From Myxococcales bacterium (GTDB taxonomy: Bacteria; Myxococcota; UBA727; VGSZ01), in assembly GCA_023248635.1 (NCBI GenBank), contig JAHFED010000014.1:8419-72418 (forward strand): a DNA stretch of 64,000 nt, in the 5' to 3' direction. The notes under the pieces were generated by a model. It was given only the letters and a program-made list of their open reading frames with translations, did not search any database and was not told the origin of the DNA. Below, in pieces: positions 18,137 to 27,525 of the stretch; position 1 is the stretch's first letter, and each line of letters begins with the position of its first letter. Position numbers and translations under genes: made by a program.

Positions 18137-21136
18137 TCAGTGGGCCGCCACCTTGAACGCCGGTCTGCGCCACACCCAGACATCGGCGTCCACCTGCTGG
18201 TGCGGAGCTTGGGGCCACTCGGCCATGCTCACCGCGTCGACGATGCAACGCACGCTGTCGGCGTCGGCGCGCGCGAGGGCCTGTACCCTGCCCTTGGCCT
18301 GGCGCAAGACCAGGTGGAGCTTGACGCGATCGCTGCCGTCGTCGGGACAGGCTTCGATTTCGGCGCGTTGAGCAACGACGGCGGCCTCGATGGCCCGCAA
18401 CAAGGCATCGTCGAGCAGCACCGACGACGGCGGAGACGACGGCATCGCGCTTCGGCCCGGCGGGTCCTTCTTGCTCGGGGGCACAGGCGGGGACACCGCT
18501 TCGATCCGGGGGCTGGCGACGGCGAGCTTGCGCAAGCGCACGTTCAGCGTCGTGGGTCCGTTGACGACGACGGTATCCTCGGTGGTCTGGTAACCCGCGC
18601 GAACCACCCGCACGTTGTGGGGTCCGGCGTTGGCGTCGATGTGGTGCTCACGCTCTACATGGTCGATGAACACCGTGGCGTCAGCCGGGTCCGTCGTCAC
18701 CGTCAGCGCATCGGCCGCCCGCGGGCGCTCGGCGGGTGTGCTCGATCCGTTGAGCACGACGGCGATACCCACGGCGGCGACGACGAGAGCTGCGACGGCG
18801 GCAATAGGCCGCCCGGCTTGAGGGCAGAGAATTCCGGCGGCGGCGCGGCGCAGGGATCCTGGTCGTGCTCTGCGCGCTGCTGGTGGTCCTTTTTCCGGCT
18901 GTTCGTCGTGGAGGCGACCCGGCCACCAATTCCAGCGACCCAACAACTTCATCGTCGCCGGTACCAACACCGCGCGCACGACGGTGGCGTCGAGGGCCAC
19001 CGACACTGCGATGCCGAGGCCGAGCATTTTCATGCTCAACACCTGTGAAAAACCGAAGGCGCCGACAACGACCATCAACAACAACGCCGCCGACGTGATG
19101 GTGCGCCCGGTCTTCATCAAGCCGATGGCGACGGCGTCTTCGGTGTCGCCGTCCTTGCCGGCTCGCACGGCCTCTTCGCGGATGCGGCCGAGCAGCAGCA
19201 CCTCGTAATCCATGCTCAAGCCAAAAACCAAACAGAACATCACCAGCGGCGTCGTCGCGTCGGTGAAGCCCATCGATTCGTAGTGCAGCAAATTCTGGAA
19301 GCGGCCGTCTTGGAACACCCACACCAGCGCGCCGAAGCTGGCCGTCATCGACAAGCAGTTCATCACGATGGCCTTCAGCGGCACCACGATCGAACCGAAG
19401 GCCAAGAACAATACGAGGAACATCGCCACCCCCACCAGCGCCAACGCAAAGGGCGCGCGGGCCTCGAGGCGGTCGAGCAAGTCCACCAAGATGGCGGGTG
19501 CGCCGGCGACTTTGACGACGAGATTGGGGTCTGAAACCGAGCCGCCGCCACTGTCGTTCAGCACGCGCAACAACCGCACTTGTGTCGCCGTCACCGGGCT
19601 GTTGTAGCCGCCCTCCGACAACACCACGAAGCGCGCGTAGTGCCCATTGAGGAAACGCGCGAGCAGACTGCGCATCGACGGATCGAGGGCGTCGCGCCGG
19701 GTGGCCAGCAGGTCGGCGACGCTCGCGGGCGACACGCCCTCTTGCGCGGTGAACGCCGACTGAACCGCGATGACACCGGGGATGGCCTCCATGCGCTTTT
19801 GCACGTCGAGCAGACGCTGCAGATTCTTGCGGTCGAAGATATCGCCGTCGACGACGACGACGACATCGTGTGGGGTCATCTGGTTTGGCAGGAAGTTGTG
19901 GTTGAAGGCCTCGGTGGCCGCGCGCACGGGTGCGTCGTGGGGCAGCGCGCGGTAGTCGGGGATCGAGGGCACCATGCGCAAGAACGGCGCGGCCAACACC
20001 ACCAACCCGCCGCCCACGACGACGACGACAACGACGGGGTGCTTCATCACCTTCTTGGCCAAGGCGAAGAAGAAGGTGCCGTCGTCTTGCCCCGCTCCCG
20101 TCAGTGGCAAGCGCAAGGCCTCGACTTTGTGGCCCAGCAGCGACAGCACCGCCGGCAACAGGAAGATCATCAGGCCCATGGTCGAAACGACGACGACGAC
20201 GCCGGCGTAGCCCAAGCTGCGGATCATCATTTGCGGCATGGCCATCATCGCCATCATCGACAGCCCGACGACGACGCCGGAGAAGAACACCGCTCGCCCC
20301 GCCGAGCCCATCGAACGCGACACCGCGCCGGGTACGTCGTCGGGATGGGCGCGCAGCTCCTCGCGAAAACGCGTGACCACAAAGAGCGAGCAATCGATGG
20401 CCAACCCCAGCGCCAAGAGCGTGACGATGTTGGCGGCGAAGATGCTGACGTCGGTGACGAGGGTGAGCCCGCGCAAGGCCGCGAAGGCCACCAGGTTGGC
20501 GCAGATGCCCATCAGCAGCGGCAGGCCGGCGGCGACGACGCCCCGAAAGACCCACAACAGGACCAGCAACGTGATCGGCAACGCGAACAGCTCGCCCTGC
20601 ACGAGGTCATCGGCCATCGCCGTCGCGACGGCTTCGTTGACGAGAATGATGCCGGTGAATTGCACGACGATCCCCGACGACGGATCCGGCGTCAGCGCCG
20701 TCTTCAAGCGCAACAGCGCCTTTTGCTTTTCGTGCTCGGCTCCTTTGAGGGTCACCGTGACGGCGGTGTTGTGGCGGTCCTTCGAAACCAGCCACGGCGC
20801 ACCGGTCGTGTAGAGCGAGTCGACGCTCTCGGTGAGCGGATCGGCTTCGACGTGGGCGACGGCCGCCAGCACTTCGCCGAGGACTTCGACGTCGTCGACG
20901 CTGCTGCCATCGGGGGCCCGGTACAAAGCAACGATGTCCGCGGCGCCCTGGCCGAGCTCGCGTTCGATGAGGTCCTTGGTCTGCCAGCTTTCGGCGCCGT
21001 CGTCTTCGAAGCCGCCGCCTTTGAGGTGCGGCATGACCTCGGAGATCACCGGCACGCACAGCAGCACCAACACCAAGTGCCCAACGACAAAGCGCCAAGG
21101 CCGGTTGGCAACGAAGAGACCAAGGGTGGACAACAC
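18137..21136 (-). CDS. MMPL/RND-superfamily transporter fused to a C-terminal TM segment, a PEGA domain and an extra domain
   Basis: Twelve TM segments with two large loops (MMPL architecture). C-terminal 'TVTTDPADATVFIDHVEREHHIDANAGPHNVRVVRAGYQTTEDTVVVNGPTTLNVRL' (PEGA-like). Confidence 0.65.
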   Translation of the reverse strand: MLSTLGLFVANRPWRFVVGHLVLVLLCVPVISEVMPHLKGGGFEDDGAESWQTKDLIERELGQGAADIVALYRAPDGSSVDDVEVLGEVLAAVAHVEADPLTESVDSLYTTGAPWLVSKDRHNTAVTVTLKGAEHEKQKALLRLKTALTPDPSSGIVVQFTGIILVNEAVATAMADDLVQGELFALPITLLVLLWVFRGVVAAGLPLLMGICANLVAFAALRGLTLVTDVSIFAANIVTLLALGLAIDCSLFVVTRFREELRAHPDDVPGAVSRSMGSAGRAVFFSGVVVGLSMMAMMAMPQMMIRSLGYAGVVVVVSTMGLMIFLLPAVLSLLGHKVEALRLPLTGAGQDDGTFFFALAKKVMKHPVVVVVVVGGGLVVLAAPFLRMVPSIPDYRALPHDAPVRAATEAFNHNFLPNQMTPHDVVVVVDGDIFDRKNLQRLLDVQKRMEAIPGVIAVQSAFTAQEGVSPASVADLLATRRDALDPSMRSLLARFLNGHYARFVVLSEGGYNSPVTATQVRLLRVLNDSGGGSVSDPNLVVKVAGAPAILVDLLDRLEARAPFALALVGVAMFLVLFLAFGSIVVPLKAIVMNCLSMTASFGALVWVFQDGRFQNLLHYESMGFTDATTPLVMFCLVFGLSMDYEVLLLGRIREEAVRAGKDGDTEDAVAIGLMKTGRTITSAALLLMVVVGAFGFSQVLSMKMLGLGIAVSVALDATVVRAVLVPATMKLLGRWNWWPGRLHDEQPEKGPPAARRARPGSLRRAAAGILCPQAGRPIAAVAALVVAAVGIAVVLNGSSTPAERPRAADALTVTTDPADATVFIDHVEREHHIDANAGPHNVRVVRAGYQTTEDTVVVNGPTTLNVRLRKLAVASPRIEAVSPPVPPSKKDPPGRSAMPSSPPSSVLLDDALLRAIEAAVVAQRAEIEACPDDGSDRVKLHLVLRQAKGRVQALARADADSVRCIVDAVSMAEWPQAPHQQVDADVWVWRRPAFKVAAH

Positions 21137-21175
21137 GGTCTCACCATACGTCTCGTCGTGACCGGCCGGGAATTC

Positions 21176-21250
21176 ACGGGCAGCGCTTCGCGTGTCGGTG
21201 AATTGTCCACAGGTTCAGCACCTGGCGGCGGTGAATCCTCGGCATTCCGC
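21176..21250 (-). repeat. Repeat C copy 3 (degenerate)
   Basis: Reverse complement of 'GAATGCCGAGGATTCACCGCCGCCAGG...CAATTCACCGACACGCGAAGCGCTGCCCGTGAATTC'. Confidence 0.6.
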
Positions 21251-21302
21251 TTCGTCGTCGAAGCTTCGGCCGCCCGTCTGACCACGCTCGGCCAGCGCGA
21301 GC

Positions 21303-23009
21303 TCAGAACGTCTTCAGCAACTCCAAGACGTCGGCCTTCTCCGCCTCGCTCATGGCATCGAAAGGCACCACGTGGCCCACGTTCGTACGGCCCGGCGACG
21401 TGGCGTCGTAGACCGCGGGCAACATCCAGGGAACGTAGTCGGGAGGAAAGCGCCACATGCCGTCGTCGTCGACGAAGCCCTTGATCCCGACCTTGTCGAA
21501 GTCGAGGGCATGGCCGCCTTGCTGAAAGCGGCGGGGTCGCGTGTCGGGATGCATGAGATGCCACAAGGTTGGCACCGAACCATTGTGCAGATAGGGGGCG
21601 GTGGCCCAGATGCCACTCAAGGTCGGGGCCACGTAGCCGCCGCGCGGCGCCGCATCGATGGCCGCGCCGACCGGGTAGTCGATCAAGTGCTCGAGCAGCT
21701 TTGCGGTCGCCGCATTGGCGCGCGCAGGGTCGGTGCCGATCTCCTCGAGCGATGACAGATGATTGGGGAATTCGACGACGTGGCTGCGTTGGCCCACCAA
21801 TTCGATGCTGCCGTGGCACGCCTGACAGCGCGCCGTCCACACACTCAGGCCACGCCGAGCTGCATCGATAGCGACCACGCCAGGAAAAGGCGGCGTGTCG
21901 GCGTCGGCGAAGAAGGCCATGACTTCACGCACGGCGGGCAGGTTTTCCTGGGCGGTCTTTGGAGCAACGCCAAGGGTGCTCACCGTGAAGAGCGTGCCAA
22001 TGGCGCCCACCTCTTGGGCGTGCGCGAGGCGATCGGGAGCGTCTCGGCGGTGGGGCGTGAAGGGCGCGTGTCCCTTGGGCGCATAGATGCCGTCGCACAA
22101 CAAGCTGCTGCGCACCTGCACCGAGATGACGTCGGGGATCTGGGTGAAGGCGATTTCGGCGGGGCCCAGCGTGGGGTTCAGCAGCCCGAAGTGGTTCTTG
22201 ATGTGGCCGACGGCGTTGCTGAGACCAGGGCCGCCGTTGTCGAAAGGCACCGGCTCAGCCGGGGCGTCGACGCCGCCGATGCGATGCAGAAACGCCGGCA
22301 ACATGATGTCGATGATCGTGCCGCGCTCGACGGGATCGAGTTGGGGGTAGATGCGGTCGAGCATCGCCACCACCGGTTGCGGGTCCCGCGCCGCCGCCTG
22401 GAGCGCCGCATAGACCTCGCTCGAATAGCGTCCAAGGTCGATCGACGTCGACGGCAACCCCAGCCAGACGTCGTGGGTCGGCAAGCCGCGCGCGTCCCAC
22501 AAGTTGCTGGCATGGCAGGTGGCGCAGCCGTGGTTGTTGGCCTCAAAGCGCACACGCGGAACCGCGCGGCGAATGTCGCCGCTGATGACGCCCAGGTTGC
22601 GCGACAGCGCGGGCGACGACGCCCCCGGCCAGTTGGCCACCGCGGACGCCCGGACGAAGCCATAGCGTTGCTCCAGCAGCGTCAGCCATCCTTCTTCCGA
22701 TGGCGCCACCTCGCCACCATCGAGGTGCGGCGCCGCCACCCCGTCGTGGCGGGTGAACATCGCCGCCACCGTCAGCTTCCAGGGCAACGCGTTGGTCTGC
22801 AGGGCATCGGTGTTGAGACTGCGAAAATCATCGAAGAGAAAACGTGCGGCGCCGAGCTCGCGGGCATCGGCAGGCGGGTGTTGTCCCCACCACGACAGCA
22901 ACGTCGACGACGGACCCTCGGCGTAGCCCCGCAGAAAGTCGCAGCCGGGGCCGAGCACCAACGTGCCCAGGAGCAACGCCGCGCGGATCACCAGAAAACT
23001 GCGATTCAT
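21303..23009 (-). CDS. Di-haem cytochrome c peroxidase (CCP/MauG) family lipoprotein
   Basis: Two CxxCH motifs (CATCH, CQACH). 'APTLSGIWATAPYLHNGSVPTLWHLM' (CCP signature). Lipoprotein signal 'LLGTLVLGPGC'. The start overlaps the upstream gene in an ATGA. Confidence 0.7.
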   Translation of the reverse strand: MNRSFLVIRAALLLGTLVLGPGCDFLRGYAEGPSSTLLSWWGQHPPADARELGAARFLFDDFRSLNTDALQTNALPWKLTVAAMFTRHDGVAAPHLDGGEVAPSEEGWLTLLEQRYGFVRASAVANWPGASSPALSRNLGVISGDIRRAVPRVRFEANNHGCATCHASNLWDARGLPTHDVWLGLPSTSIDLGRYSSEVYAALQAAARDPQPVVAMLDRIYPQLDPVERGTIIDIMLPAFLHRIGGVDAPAEPVPFDNGGPGLSNAVGHIKNHFGLLNPTLGPAEIAFTQIPDVISVQVRSSLLCDGIYAPKGHAPFTPHRRDAPDRLAHAQEVGAIGTLFTVSTLGVAPKTAQENLPAVREVMAFFADADTPPFPGVVAIDAARRGLSVWTARCQACHGSIELVGQRSHVVEFPNHLSSLEEIGTDPARANAATAKLLEHLIDYPVGAAIDAAPRGGYVAPTLSGIWATAPYLHNGSVPTLWHLMHPDTRPRRFQQGGHALDFDKVGIKGFVDDDGMWRFPPDYVPWMLPAVYDATSPGRTNVGHVVPFDAMSEAEKADVLELLKTF

Positions 23010-25045
23010 GAGATGACCTTTTCAAAGAGAGCCAGGCGATGAAGTTTCATGAGACCAGCCAGTTTCGCCTGCTTCAAACTAGGCTTGTTGGTATCACTGA
23101 TCCAGGTTCCGCCGACTTCGGTGTAGCCACCGTCCTGCAGTGCTTTCATCAGATCGTGGTTCAGCACGCCGATGACGCCCTGCCCGTGGTATTCCCGGCG
23201 CACCAGCATGATGATGACACTGGCGCGCCGCAGCCGTCGTCGACCCCACAAGAATGTCAGCAAAGACAACGGCGTGATGCGGCTCTTCATCCGGCGCAGC
23301 AGCGGGTTGGGATCGGGGATACAGATCGTCACGCCAATGGGCTGGCCATTGTGTTCAGCAATGCGCGTAAGAGCTGGATCCATGACGGTCTTCATAGAAC
23401 CCATCTGAAAGCGGGCTTCATCAGCTGTCATCGGCACAAATAGCGGATTCTTATCCATCGAATCATTGAGCAGCTGCCGGACGATTTCGATGTCGTCGTC
23501 GTAGCGCTTCATGTTGAACGTGCGCCACGTGTAGCTCGGGTCGGCGAGCAGGGCGCGGTGCTTGTCGGTGACCATGGTGTTCAGGTCCATGCTGGCGAGG
23601 TCGCGTTTGATGAAGGTCGTCATCGGCATCGACGCCGTGTAGCCCAGCTCTCCCAGCAGGCGGCCAATGTGACGGGGCTGGAACATCTGGGCCACGAAGG
23701 GCTGCAGCTCCTCGCCCTCGGTGAGGGCACCGATCTCCTGGTTGGCGGTGAGGTTCATGTTGCCGCGCATCAGGTTGCAGCCATGGGCGCGGGCAAAGGC
23801 CTCGGCCTTGTCGAGCAGCGCCTGTGCGACCTCTTTGTCGTCGGCGCAGTCGAAGAAGCCGAAGCTGGCCGCCTTTTCCCCGAAGCGCTCGTTGGCCGCG
23901 TGGTGCACGTGGGCGACGATGCGCCCGGCGGGCACGCCGTTTCGGAGCGCCGTGAAATAGGTCCCTTCGGCCCGTTGCCAGTGCGGGTTCTTGCGCTCGT
24001 CCAACAAGGCCTCGAGGTCGCCGCGCATCATTGAGACCCAGGGAATCTCGCGGGGGTAGACATGAAAGGGCACTTCGAAGAAGGAGGCGAAGTCGCGCTC
24101 CCGCAGCTCCAGGGTCGGCGCAGCCGTGGACGCCGCCGCCGTCGACGACGACTGATGGCCTGGGGTCGCGTTGATGTCGTTCAGGAAGCGGCGAACGAAG
24201 AAGCGCCGCACGGCGGCCACGGGCCAGCTCTTGTTGCGCTCGGCCTGCCCCGTCCAGGGATTGAAGAACACCCCACCGGGACCCGGGCCGCCCGACTTGC
24301 GCAACACCACGCGCACAGCCTCGTAGGCCATGAGGCAGCCCGTCATCCACACCATCGGCGCGAAGCTGATGCGCTTGCGTTTGCCAGTGATCATCTCGGC
24401 GGCGCGCGCCATCACCACATGATCGGCCGTCGACGATTGCGTCATGACCCACTCGATCTCTTTGCGGGCGCAGCCTCTCACGACGTCGTCGTCGAGCCGA
24501 TCGAGAGCCAATCGGGCCGAGGGATAGTCGAAGAGTTGCTCGGGCCGTGGATCGCCGGGACGCACGACGTAGACATTGGGCAGCGTGGACGCGAAGGCGT
24601 CGATGACGGTCTTGCCCAGGTCCCGGGCCTTGCGCATCAGCGCGATGGTGGCCCGCACGTCGTCGCAGCCATTGATGACGACGTCGACGCGGCCGAGGAT
24701 CTCCTCCAGCTGGCCGGGCCAGGTGTGACCATGGTGAACGATGACCTCGCAGGTCGGGTTGATGCGCTCGATCGCCGACTTCGTGGCCGCCGTCTTTTCG
24801 ACGCCGACTGTGTCGAGGTTCGCGAAGATCTGGCGGTTGAGATTCGAGACTTCAAAGACGTCCATGTCGGCGATTTCGACGTGGCCGACGCCGCAGCGCA
24901 CCAAGCAAGCAACGGCGGCGCCGCCCATGCCGCCAACGCCGGCGACGAAGACACGCGCGCCGCGCAAACGCTGCTGTTCTTCTTCGGTGATGAAACCGAT
25001 GTTGCGCGTGGTGAAGTCGCCGTAGTCAAAGGGAACCGTGCTCAT
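23006..25045 (-). CDS. ThiF/MoeB E1-like adenylyltransferase fused to a C-terminal tandem GNAT-like acyltransferase module
   Basis: N-terminal 'VFVAGVGGMGGAAVACLVRCGVGHVEIADMDVFEVSNLNRQ' (E1 nucleotide-binding motif). A Ser/Ala linker follows. C-terminal about 360 aa includes 'RREYHGQGVIGVL' (GNAT R/Q-xx-G-x-G/A-like motif). Confidence 0.65.
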   Translation of the reverse strand: MSTVPFDYGDFTTRNIGFITEEEQQRLRGARVFVAGVGGMGGAAVACLVRCGVGHVEIADMDVFEVSNLNRQIFANLDTVGVEKTAATKSAIERINPTCEVIVHHGHTWPGQLEEILGRVDVVINGCDDVRATIALMRKARDLGKTVIDAFASTLPNVYVVRPGDPRPEQLFDYPSARLALDRLDDDVVRGCARKEIEWVMTQSSTADHVVMARAAEMITGKRKRISFAPMVWMTGCLMAYEAVRVVLRKSGGPGPGGVFFNPWTGQAERNKSWPVAAVRRFFVRRFLNDINATPGHQSSSTAAASTAAPTLELRERDFASFFEVPFHVYPREIPWVSMMRGDLEALLDERKNPHWQRAEGTYFTALRNGVPAGRIVAHVHHAANERFGEKAASFGFFDCADDKEVAQALLDKAEAFARAHGCNLMRGNMNLTANQEIGALTEGEELQPFVAQMFQPRHIGRLLGELGYTASMPMTTFIKRDLASMDLNTMVTDKHRALLADPSYTWRTFNMKRYDDDIEIVRQLLNDSMDKNPLFVPMTADEARFQMGSMKTVMDPALTRIAEHNGQPIGVTICIPDPNPLLRRMKSRITPLSLLTFLWGRRRLRRASVIIMLVRREYHGQGVIGVLNHDLMKALQDGGYTEVGGTWISDTNKPSLKQAKLAGLMKLHRLALFEKVIS

Positions 25046-26034
25046 CGCACCACCTCAAGGTCGTCGGAGGCATGCAGCGGACGCCCGCGCACGTCATGAT
25101 CAGGAGCCACCAACCAGCGCGCCAGGGGCGAGAGCACACCCAGGACGACGATCAAAAATGCGCGCCAAGCGATTTGGACAGGCGCGCTCTTGGGCAGCTT
25201 CGAGCGGAACAAGCGCCAAACGACCATGATGCTGCAGCGTCCGATCTGCAGCACGTCGTCGCCGCGCTCGTAGTCCAACATCGTGCGGCACATCTCGTTG
25301 ATCGCCGGGTCGCGGTGCTTCGGCGCGCTCTCCCAGGTTTTTTTCAATTCGTCGCTGCCGCCGGTGTAGGCGTTGGTGATGATCTGCCGAGCCTCGTCGA
25401 AGCCGGCTTCGGCGCCGACCCCGAAGGCGGGCCGGTGGTTTTGCACAATGGCCCGGGCCAACAGCAGGTGCATGAAGCTCTGGCGCGCGCGCGGATCAGG
25501 CCGGGGATAGACGTCCTGGTAGTGGTGGGCGGTGAGGCCGACGGCAGCGGGTACCTGCGAGACGTTCGAAATCCAAAACCCGCGCAGCCCGCCTTTCATC
25601 AGCAGCAACAGCGTCGACGCGCCATACAAGAGGTTCGAGAGGTGCCGGTGCTGGTGGTCGGGGGTCACATAGAGCAGGCCCAGGTGCACGACGCTCACCA
25701 TGCGCACACCAAAGGGGATGTCGAAGTAGGCGAGCGCACAAAAGGCGATGGGCTCGCCCGTGCGCTTCAACGACACCTGCGTCAAGCAACGTCGGGCGAG
25801 GTCCGCGCGGTCGCCGAGCAGGGCACCATACAGAGGCACAGGCTTGCCGCGTTGTCCGGCTTTGGCGACGATGCGCATGTTGCTGACGAGGGCGGCGAGC
25901 ACCTCGTCAGACACCCAGGCGCCGGGTCGATCCCACATCTCGACCAGCAGGCCGCCATCCGACGACGGGATGGTGAACCCCGTGTGAAAGCGGTCTTGGC
26001 CCAGCACCAATGCCGAGAGGGCACCCGTCATCCG
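25042..26034 (-). CDS. Hypothetical GNAT-like protein, paralogous to the C-terminal module of the E1 fusion
   Basis: ATG at 26034 (MTGALSALVLG...). 'MVSVVHLGLLYVTPDHQHRHLSNLL'. ATGA overlap with the downstream gene. Confidence 0.45.
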   Translation of the reverse strand, partial: RMTGALSALVLGQDRFHTGFTIPSSDGGLLVEMWDRPGAWVSDEVLAALVSNMRIVAKAGQRGKPVPLYGALLGDRADLARRCLTQVSLKRTGEPIAFCALAYFDIPFGVRMVSVVHLGLLYVTPDHQHRHLSNLLYGASTLLLLMKGGLRGFWISNVSQVPAAVGLTAHHYQDVYPRPDPRARQSFMHLLLARAIVQNHRPAFGVGAEAGFDEARQIITNAYTGGSDELKKTWESAPKHRDPAINEMCRTMLDYERGDDVLQIGRCSIMVVWRLFRSKLPKSAPVQIAWRAFLIVVLGVLSPLARWLVAPDHDVRGRPLHASDDLEVVR

Positions 26035-27296
26035 GGCTCCTTCGCCGACGCCGGTGCGATTGCCGGGGCGGTCGTCGACGATGGCCCGATCAACAGCAGG
26101 CGCACCATGGCGCCGGCCACCACCATGGCCTGGCGGTGAGTGCTGCCAGGCACCAAGGCCGTGAAGCCGAGTCCGAAGGCGGCGCCGTCGTCGGACACGC
26201 ACAGGATGGCATCGAGCTCGTGGGTTGCCAGCAGGTGCGAGGCCTGCTCGGCGCCGCGCAGCACCAGGGGATCGGTGGCAGCAGCCCGCAAGAAGCGCAG
26301 GTCGGCGGGTTCGACGACGCCCGTGAGCACGTTGCCGCGGGCAAGCAAGCGCGGGAGAAGATCCAAGCGCAGCGCGAGCAACCCGGCGGCGTCAACGACG
26401 ACCGCCGTGCGAATTTCTGGCCATCCGCGCAGGGACGTCAGAAACGCTTCGAGCGAGGTCACGGGGAGCGCGGCCAGGCGCAGCAACAGGGTGTCGACGT
26501 CGCGGGTGCGCGCATGGGCGACAGCCGATCCCACCGGCAACCAAGCCACCGCCAGGAAGAACACCACCACCGCCGTTGGAACGCCGGCCGTCGCGGGTTT
26601 GGCTTCCACCAAAGCCACGAGGCCGCCGGCGGTGAGGCTGCCGATGAGCAGCGCTGCCAGCGTGCCCAAGGTCCGGCGGAGCCGAAAGCGTGCCTCGGCG
26701 AACAAGGCCTCGCCGACGATGAACAACAACAAGAGCAGCAAGACCGCGCCGAAGCGCTTACTGGGGGCGCCGAAGCTCACGGCCCAATCGTTGGCGATGG
26801 CCAATACGGCGAGCAGCGTGCCCACGAGCAGCGCACCCGCGGTGGCCCGCCGGGCAGCATCGTCGGTGACGGCGGCGCTCCAGCCGAGGAAGGCCAGCAA
26901 GCCGACGAACACCAGCACCTGCCACGCCCCGACGACGCTGAGGAACTCCGGCGTGTGCACGACGCCGGGGACCGCGGCCGCCGCCGGGACACCGACAACG
27001 CCCGCCAACAACAGGAGCTTCAACGGCAATGGCAACGACGCGGGCAAGGCGCTTTCGACGAACAAGGCCGCCAACAGCGGAAAAACGGCGAAGGCCACGA
27101 ACGTCAGCCAGGTCAGCGGCGCCCAGGGCGAGACTGCGTCGAGCGCCCGCAAGATGAGCGCCGAGCCGAGCGCCAACAAGAGCGCAGCGAAGCGTGTCTG
27201 GATGCGCCGTCGATCGTGCTGCGCCAACATAACGATGGCCGTGACGACGACGGCGACGGCGACGCCGATGCTGGCAACCCATTCGATTCGTTCCAC
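26028..27296 (-). CDS. Polytopic membrane protein (about 8 TM) with a cytoplasmic domain of about 150 aa. First gene of the operon.
   Basis: GTG at 27296. Multiple hydrophobic helices. It overlaps the next gene. Confidence 0.45.
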   Translation of the reverse strand: MERIEWVASIGVAVAVVVTAIVMLAQHDRRRIQTRFAALLLALGSALILRALDAVSPWAPLTWLTFVAFAVFPLLAALFVESALPASLPLPLKLLLLAGVVGVPAAAAVPGVVHTPEFLSVVGAWQVLVFVGLLAFLGWSAAVTDDAARRATAGALLVGTLLAVLAIANDWAVSFGAPSKRFGAVLLLLLLFIVGEALFAEARFRLRRTLGTLAALLIGSLTAGGLVALVEAKPATAGVPTAVVVFFLAVAWLPVGSAVAHARTRDVDTLLLRLAALPVTSLEAFLTSLRGWPEIRTAVVVDAAGLLALRLDLLPRLLARGNVLTGVVEPADLRFLRAAATDPLVLRGAEQASHLLATHELDAILCVSDDGAAFGLGFTALVPGSTHRQAMVVAGAMVRLLLIGPSSTTAPAIAPASAKEPG

Positions 27297-27525
27297 GTCG
27301 CGGCACCCTACTGCACCTGACGGGGCGCGACCCAACCCCGGGCCGCCGGCACCTTCGTCGTCCTCAGGCGCAGCTGCTGGAGTCACCGGGGCACGTTCAT
27401 CGTGACCGTCCGCCGAATCGGTCCCGATCACGGCGTCATACGAGCCGTCGGAGCAGAGGAACGCGCCACCCGCGCGTGAACGTCCATGGGCCCACCGTTG
27501 CGAGGCGCGTGGTATCTGATCGGTC

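Noticed and set aside
18815-18840. 'GAGGGCAGAGAATTCCGGCGGCGGCG' resembling the head of repeat C inside the MMPL gene
   Set aside because: Only about 15 bp match, with no hairpins. It is probably a chance similarity within coding sequence.
25100-25291. Small ORF ending ...LVGGS as a possible ubiquitin-like partner for the E1-like gene
   Set aside because: It does not end in GG. It is antisense within the E1 fusion gene and has no beta-grasp-like sequence.
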